The position numbers and the translations under genes were made by a program. A DNA stretch of 63,331 bases, filler included, from an uncultured Myxococcia bacterium (GTDB taxonomy: Bacteria > CAZTWC01), in NCBI GenBank assembly GCA_964617105.1. It is 3 parts of 3 records of this genome, joined end to end, with 100 filler letters (N's around TTAATTAATTAA, not from the genome) between each part and the next. Parts side by side here need not be neighbours in the genome. Positions count along the whole stretch, not along the records: positions 42,566 to 63,331 come from CAZTWC010000034.1; 2 more parts are not named here. The stretch is one strand, 5' to 3'. The notes beneath the pieces are model-generated. The model searched no databases and had not been told where the DNA came from. It worked only from the letters and a program-made list of their open reading frames with translations. Of this stretch, positions 58,284 to 63,331 are shown one piece after another; positions within the stretch are counted from its first letter, which is position 1, and every line of letters starts with the position of its first letter.

Positions 58284-58541
58284 ATGGAAAAAATATTTTC
58301 AACCAGACTGGATGAGTCAACCATTAAATATATTGGTTTGCTGGCCAATCAACTGGGTACATCTAAAAAAGCTATTGTGGAAAAAGCGATAAGGTTTTTT
58401 GGTAAACAGGTAAGTGACATCAATAATATAAATGTTTTTAAACAAACTTGTGGAGCCTGGAAACGTGATGAACCGGTTGATAAAACCATAGAAAACGTGC
58501 GTAAAACTTTTCAAAACTCTATGATTCGTCATAAAAAATGA
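58284..58541 (+). CDS. Ribbon-helix-helix antitoxin (VapB-like)
   Basis: KIFSTRLDE...LANQLGTSKKAIVEKAI; ATGA overlap with the PIN toxin. Confidence 0.8.
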   Translation: MEKIFSTRLDESTIKYIGLLANQLGTSKKAIVEKAIRFFGKQVSDINNINVFKQTCGAWKRDEPVDKTIENVRKTFQNSMIRHKK

Positions 58542-58921
58542 GAGCATATATTGATACTGATATTTTAATATGGCATCTGCGGGGTGATGAAAGAGCCAAC
58601 TATTTTTTGGACCAAATAAGCAACAACCAGATCTATGAACTGTGGATTGGGGCGATGCAAAGGGCGGAAATCGTTTTTTTTATGCAGTCCAAAGAAGTTA
58701 AAATGACTGAGTTACTGTTGGCCCAATTTAAAACCGCACCAGTAGATCAAAAAATTGTTGACCTGGCTGGAATTCTTTATAGAAAGTGGCACCCCAAACA
58801 AGGAATAGACGTCAATGATGCTATATTAGCGGCAACAGTGATGCAAACCGGTGGCGAGATTTTCTCTCTCAATGCCAAACACTATCCCATGCCGGACGTT
58901 CTAGTCCAAACACCCTGGTGA
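58538..58921 (+). CDS. vapC: PIN-domain toxin (VapC-like)
   Basis: YIDTDILI, RAE, NDAILAAT, LNAKHYP. Confidence 0.88.
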   Translation: MRAYIDTDILIWHLRGDERANYFLDQISNNQIYELWIGAMQRAEIVFFMQSKEVKMTELLLAQFKTAPVDQKIVDLAGILYRKWHPKQGIDVNDAILAATVMQTGGEIFSLNAKHYPMPDVLVQTPW

Positions 58922-58960
58922 GTTATCTCAAGAATTTTCAGATTATTTTAAGTCCTTCTA

Positions 58961-58989
58961 TTGACAAATATCCTTCTACTGGTTATATT
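58961..58989 (+). promoter_or_regulatory. Sigma70 promoter for the Fe-S protein
   Basis: TTGACA-N17-TATATT. Confidence 0.6.
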
Positions 58990-59090
58990 GGTGTTAGAAT
59001 ACCAGAATATGTTTGGTAAACTACTCAGTTTGTGTCTGATAATTCATAATCAGGCCAAGATTATTTGTTCAAATTTAAAAGGAATTTATT

Positions 59091-59939
59091 ATGAAACGCA
59101 AGATTATCACTATTGATGAAGATGCCTGCAACGGGTGTGAAGAGTGTATTCCCAATTGTCCGGAAGGGGCTATCCAGATTATAGATGGAAAAGCCCGGCT
59201 GATAAGTGATCTTTTTTGTGATGGTTTGGGAGCCTGTCTGGGCCACTGTCCAGAAGGGGCCATCACGATAGAGGAGAGGGAAGCAGAGTCTTATGATGAG
59301 CGCAAAGTTATGGATAATGTTGTAATTGGTGGTCCCAATGTGATTAAAGCGCATTTGCAGCATTTGCAAGAACACCATCAGCAGGAGTATCTACAGGAGG
59401 CGTTACAGTATTTAAAAGATCATCATATCGAAGTTACGACCGATTTTACTCAGGAGGATGCATCGGAACACAGTCAAGGCGAGCATAGCCAATGTGGGTG
59501 TCCAGGGGCAAAAATGCTGGATTTTTCCCAGGCTGGTGAGCAAGATGAAGATGATTCCCAGGGTAATCGTCCATCCCAACTGCGCCAATGGCCGATTCAA
59601 ATGCATTTGATATCTCCGGCTGCGCCCTATTTTAAAGAAGCTGACCTATTGCTGGCCGCTGATTGCGTAGCCTTTGCAGTGGGGGATTTTCACCGGGATT
59701 TCTTAAAAGATAAACGGTTGGCTATTGCCTGTCCAAAACTGGACCATGGCCCTGAAATCTATATTGAGAAGTTAAGAGCTCTGATTGATGAAGCCAAGAT
59801 AAACTCCCTGACCGTAATGGTTATGCAGGTTCCCTGCTGCAGTGGTTTGGTCCAGATGGCTGAACAAGCTATGGAAAAAGCCAATCGAAAATTGCCTATC
59901 AAAGTGGTGGTGGTCGGACTAAAAGGCAATATTTTGTAG
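59091..59939 (+). CDS. 2x[4Fe-4S] ferredoxin-domain protein with Cys-rich C-terminal domain (anaerobe family often found near hcp/CODH)
   Basis: CNGCEECIPNCP, CDGLGACLGHCP, GCPG, SQLRQWPIQ, AADC, ACPKLD, VPCCSG. Confidence 0.88.
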   Translation: MKRKIITIDEDACNGCEECIPNCPEGAIQIIDGKARLISDLFCDGLGACLGHCPEGAITIEEREAESYDERKVMDNVVIGGPNVIKAHLQHLQEHHQQEYLQEALQYLKDHHIEVTTDFTQEDASEHSQGEHSQCGCPGAKMLDFSQAGEQDEDDSQGNRPSQLRQWPIQMHLISPAAPYFKEADLLLAADCVAFAVGDFHRDFLKDKRLAIACPKLDHGPEIYIEKLRALIDEAKINSLTVMVMQVPCCSGLVQMAEQAMEKANRKLPIKVVVVGLKGNIL

Positions 59940-60070
59940 AACTACATTGCCGTTTATCCAAATTCTATTCTTTCCTTTCTTCTATTTTCTTCTTTCTTCA
60001 AGAAGTGTTGTATTTATTACATAATTTGCGATATACTCTGTGTGAATTACGCACCCTTAGGGAGAACTCC

Positions 60071-63000
60071 ATGCAGCAAGCTAAATTTATCCGATTTTTT
60101 CTAGTTAGCCTGACACTATTGATTGGACTATCTTTTTCTTATTGCGGAGTTGAATCAACATCTCCCATAAGTAGTGATCCTGGTGAGGATGGGGGTTCAA
60201 CGATTGATGATAGTGGAACCGGAACTATTGTTGATGGGGTTGACAATATCTTGGATGGTGGTGATGCAGGGGTGGATAGCCAGGAAGATATGGATGCAGG
60301 GAACACTGACAACAGTGGACAAGGTGGAGTTGATGCTGGCATTGATGCAGGTGTAGATGTTGGAACCGGAGGATATCCTGATGCCGGCGGTGTGGAGGAA
60401 GAGGAATTGACCGGGGAGAAAATCGGTTCACCCTGCCAGCGTTTTAGCGACTGCCAGGATAGATTTTGTTATTTTACCCCGGACAACCAGGGGATTTGTA
60501 GTAAAAATTGTGACCAGCAAAATGGCTGCCCAGTTGACTTTCGTTGTAAAGCCACCGAAGATCCAGCCTCGGGTCAGTCGCTTAATCTGTGTCTTCCCCA
60601 TGTGAGTAATCTCTGCCGGGTTTGTTCTACAGATAGTGACTGTGGTTTGGATGGTGATTTTTGTTTGCACCTGAAAGATGGCAACTATTGTGGACATGAC
60701 TGCACTCTGGAGTTATGTCCCGAAGGATTTGTTTGTTTAGAAACTTCTAATGTTGATGGCAGCCGCCAGGGAAAGCAGTGTAAACCCAAAGTGGCGATTT
60801 GTGACTGCACGGAGGCCAACGTCGGAGAGCAGCGGGATTGTCAACTGATAAACCAGTTTGGTGTTTGTAAAGGTAAAGAGACCTGCCAGCCCCAAAAAGG
60901 GTGGCACAACTGCACTGCCTGGGAGCCAAAGCCAGAAGAGTGTGATGGACTGGACAATAACTGCAATGGCCAGATAGATGAGCAGTTAAATGATTCACCC
61001 TGTTTTAATAGAAATCAATATGGTTCTTGTCCCGGCACCCGCAATTGTTCGGGCGGCAGTTGGCAGCAGTGTTTTGCCCCTCAACCAGAGGCGGAAATTT
61101 GCAATGGCCTTGATGATGACTGTGATGGAGAGACTGATGAAGGTTTAAAGGGTAAAGCCTGCCAGGCCAGTAATTTGTTGGGTACCTGTCATGGTTGGGA
61201 GAAGTGTATGTTGCTGCCGGGAGGTATACGGGGTTGGGGAGGGTGTAGCGCCTTACTACCCACGGAGGAGGAGTGTGACGGCCTGGATAACGATTGCAAT
61301 GGCAAGATAGACGAAGGGTTTACCGAGCGGGGATGTACCATCCAGAACAGTTATGGCTCCTGTTCCGGACGGCAAAAGTGCGGGGTTCTGGCAGATGGCT
61401 CCAGGGGATGGACCCAATGTGATGCCAAAACTCCAGAGTTTGATGATTGTGATGGTGTGGATAACAATTGCAATGAAAAGGTGGATGAGAATCAGATCCT
61501 GGTTTGTAGTCAAAGCAGTCTATTTGGTGAATGTAAAGGCCAGGAGGTTTGCACAGATTTAGGTAATGGTCAAAAGGGTTGGAGCCAATGCAATGCCGCC
61601 AAACCAGAGGCTGAGGTTTGTGATAATGTTGACAATGACTGTGACGGCGAAACTGATGAGCAGTTAGAGCGTTACTGTAAACAGACCAATAATATTGGTT
61701 ATTGCACGGGCACTGAAACTTGTGTGGCTGGAATTTGGCAGGGTTGTTCTGCCAGAGAGCCCAAAGAGGAGGATTGCAACAATATCGATGATAACTGCAA
61801 CGAAGAGATCGATGAGGGGCTCACTTTTCGCACCTGTCAGCGCACTAACCAATATGGCACCTGCACCAATGGAGAAGAGGCATGCAAAGAGGGCGCCTGG
61901 CAAGATTGTACCGCTCCCGAGCCTGCCAAAGAGGTGTGCGACAATAAAGACAATAACTGTGATGGAAAAACCGATGAAGATTTGGCGCCGCTAGATGAAG
62001 TAGAGCATTGCGGTCAATGCTTTCATCAGTGTGAACGGCCTAATGCCCAGATGACCTGCGCCCAGGGAAAATGTTTGATTAGCATGTGCAATACTAACTA
62101 TTACAACCTGGACCAGGATAGTCCCACCGAGATGGGTAACAATCAGGCCAATGGCTGCGAATATTTTTGCCAATACCAGGGTGAACAAGACCAACCAGAC
62201 CCACCTGACGATCTGGTGAAGTCAATAGATGCAAATTGTGATGGAGTAGATGGGATATTGGATAAAACCATATTTGTTGCCGGCACCGGTGGTCTGGATA
62301 CCAATCCGGGAACTCTTCGGCAACCTATGCGCACCATAATGGGGGCTTTGGAAAAGGTAGCGGCTTCTCAGGGTAAATTTGTTAGGGTATATGTGGCTTC
62401 AGGCACTTATGACGAAATTATTAAACTCAAATCTGGCATCGATTTGTATGGCTCCTTTAGTGGTAATTTTCGTGATCGTCAAAAGGGAAGCACCGTAATT
62501 TTGGGTGACAAGGAAGATGTTGATAATCATAAAGTAGAAATTGCCATGATGGCTATGGATATTTCCAAGCCCACTGTAGTAGATGGTTTCAAAATAACCA
62601 CCAGAGATGCTACCGAAGATAGTGGTAATGCGGTGGCGGTTTTGATCCACAACAGCCCTGAAGATACCCTGATCTTGCAAAACAACTATATTGTCGCCGG
62701 GCGGGGTCAAAAAGGCAAATTGGGTCAGAATGGCACCAATGGCGCTAATGGTGGTGTTGGCGGCAACGGAGGCTATGGTGCTCCCGATGGAAATTTTAAC
62801 AGCCTTGGTATTGCAACTTGTACTTCGGGAACTGAACCTGCTCAGGGCGCTGCCGGGCAGAGTTCTTGTACCCGGCCTGGCGGTAAAGGCGGGCAGCCGG
62901 GAGTGGATGAAAACCCTGGTCTAAATGGTGATGAAGGTGCAGGCGGCACTCTTGGTGGTGAAGGGGGAGTAAAACCTGAGTTCTTAGGTTGCCTAGTCAT

Positions 63001-63331
63001 TTCTTGTTTTTGTTCTAAAGGAGGTAATGGGGCTATGGGGATGGCAGGTGAAAAGGGACTTGCCGGTGTAGATGGAAATGGGGGCGACGGGGCTGGAAAG
63101 ATTACCGGACTTGTATGGACGGGAACTGATGGGACTGCAGGAAATGATGGCCAGGGCGGCAATGGTGGCGGCGGCGGTGGCGGCGGCGGTGGTGACTGCA
63201 ATGTGTGTTATTCCTGGGGTGGCGCTGGCGGCGGCGGCGGTGCTGGAGGTTGTCAAGGCAGCGCAGGAGAAGGAGGTAAGGCGGGCGGTGCCTCAATAGG
63301 TATTTTAGTTTTCAATTCCAAACCAAAAATT
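60071..63331 (+). CDS. Large Cys-rich surface lipoprotein (myxobacterial metal-binding-motif repeats, DUF1565/beta-helix-like domain, Gly-rich PE-PGRS-like tail); 3' end outside window
   Basis: My translation from ATG 60071 (SD AGGGAG) stays open to the window end: MQQAKFIRFFLVSLTLLIGLSFSYC, a DAG-rich linker, 7 repeats of type ExCDGxDNxCxGxxDE, IFVAGTGG.DTNPGT..P.RTI, then GxxG repeats. Confidence 0.88.
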   Translation, partial: MQQAKFIRFFLVSLTLLIGLSFSYCGVESTSPISSDPGEDGGSTIDDSGTGTIVDGVDNILDGGDAGVDSQEDMDAGNTDNSGQGGVDAGIDAGVDVGTGGYPDAGGVEEEELTGEKIGSPCQRFSDCQDRFCYFTPDNQGICSKNCDQQNGCPVDFRCKATEDPASGQSLNLCLPHVSNLCRVCSTDSDCGLDGDFCLHLKDGNYCGHDCTLELCPEGFVCLETSNVDGSRQGKQCKPKVAICDCTEANVGEQRDCQLINQFGVCKGKETCQPQKGWHNCTAWEPKPEECDGLDNNCNGQIDEQLNDSPCFNRNQYGSCPGTRNCSGGSWQQCFAPQPEAEICNGLDDDCDGETDEGLKGKACQASNLLGTCHGWEKCMLLPGGIRGWGGCSALLPTEEECDGLDNDCNGKIDEGFTERGCTIQNSYGSCSGRQKCGVLADGSRGWTQCDAKTPEFDDCDGVDNNCNEKVDENQILVCSQSSLFGECKGQEVCTDLGNGQKGWSQCNAAKPEAEVCDNVDNDCDGETDEQLERYCKQTNNIGYCTGTETCVAGIWQGCSAREPKEEDCNNIDDNCNEEIDEGLTFRTCQRTNQYGTCTNGEEACKEGAWQDCTAPEPAKEVCDNKDNNCDGKTDEDLAPLDEVEHCGQCFHQCERPNAQMTCAQGKCLISMCNTNYYNLDQDSPTEMGNNQANGCEYFCQYQGEQDQPDPPDDLVKSIDANCDGVDGILDKTIFVAGTGGLDTNPGTLRQPMRTIMGALEKVAASQGKFVRVYVASGTYDEIIKLKSGIDLYGSFSGNFRDRQKGSTVILGDKEDVDNHKVEIAMMAMDISKPTVVDGFKITTRDATEDSGNAVAVLIHNSPEDTLILQNNYIVAGRGQKGKLGQNGTNGANGGVGGNGGYGAPDGNFNSLGIATCTSGTEPAQGAAGQSSCTRPGGKGGQPGVDENPGLNGDEGAGGTLGGEGGVKPEFLGCLVISCFCSKGGNGAMGMAGEKGLAGVDGNGGDGAGKITGLVWTGTDGTAGNDGQGGNGGGGGGGGGGDCNVCYSWGGAGGGGGAGGCQGSAGEGGKAGGASIGILVFNSKPKI
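60935..61980 (+). repeat. Seven coding repeats (about 50 aa) with CDGxDNxCxGxxDE core
   Basis: EECDGLDNNCNGQIDE, EICNGLDDDCDGETDE, EECDGLDNDCNGKIDE, DDCDGVDNNCNEKVDE, EVCDNVDNDCDGETDE, EDCNNIDDNCNEEIDE, EVCDNKDNNCDGKTDE. Confidence 0.85.

Noticed and set aside
59963-60005. Pyrimidine-rich TTC tract after the Fe-S gene
   Set aside because: It is low-complexity sequence with only a weak CTTC/GAAG stem; no function can be supported.
60139-63299. Many short ORFs on both strands, including the poly-Pro ORF 62842-63201
   Set aside because: They are shadows of the single long + strand CDS starting at 60071.
1-63331. CRISPR arrays, tRNA/rRNA genes, integrases, transposases, phage genes
   Set aside because: None were recognised by eye. 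The only periodic repeats are protein-coding (RCC1, S1, Cys/Asp, Gly-rich).

Overview
The window is three contigs joined by artificial 100-nt linkers (44 N + TTAATTAATTAA + 44 N, at 21452-21551 and 42466-42565). There is also a 10-N scaffold gap at 52953-52962. The source looks like an AT-leaning, anaerobic deltaproteobacterial/Myxococcota-like Gram-negative bacterium. Contig 1 (1-21451) carries dsrT (probably the head of a dsrTMKJOP operon running off the left edge), a peptide deformylase with a leader peptide, an archaeal-type glyA, a YccA protein and a barrel/CsgG-TPR/beta-carbonic anhydrase operon. It then has an ECF sigma / zinc anti-sigma / exported caspase-beta-barrel module, an RCC1 lipoprotein, and a beta-barrel followed by two paralogous giant lipoprotein metzincins. 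Contig 2 (21552-42465) carries cheY, an MCP-cheW-cheA(3 Hpt+REC)-cheB cluster followed by an apparently catalytically dead acyl-CoA synthetase homologue, and aroA-cmk-ispH-rpsA(split)-CaCA-sppA-HIT-lapA-GT39. Contig 3 (42566-63331) carries FabK/NMO, crotonase, a barrel-fused SppA, a DUF4388-J(HTD)-TPR protein, an AsmA/YdbH-like / DUF1318 / PD40-TPR / cytochrome c lipoprotein operon, a vapBC-type TA pair, a 4Fe-4S protein, and a >1087-aa Cys-rich surface protein missing from the ORF track. The best candidate for an undescribed system is the caspase / anti-sigma / ECF module: the same T-R-[IV]-K-G motif occurs right after the caspase catalytic Cys and just outside the anti-sigma membrane helix, suggesting caspase-driven trans-envelope sigma activation. 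All family assignments come from motif recognition by eye; no searches were run.
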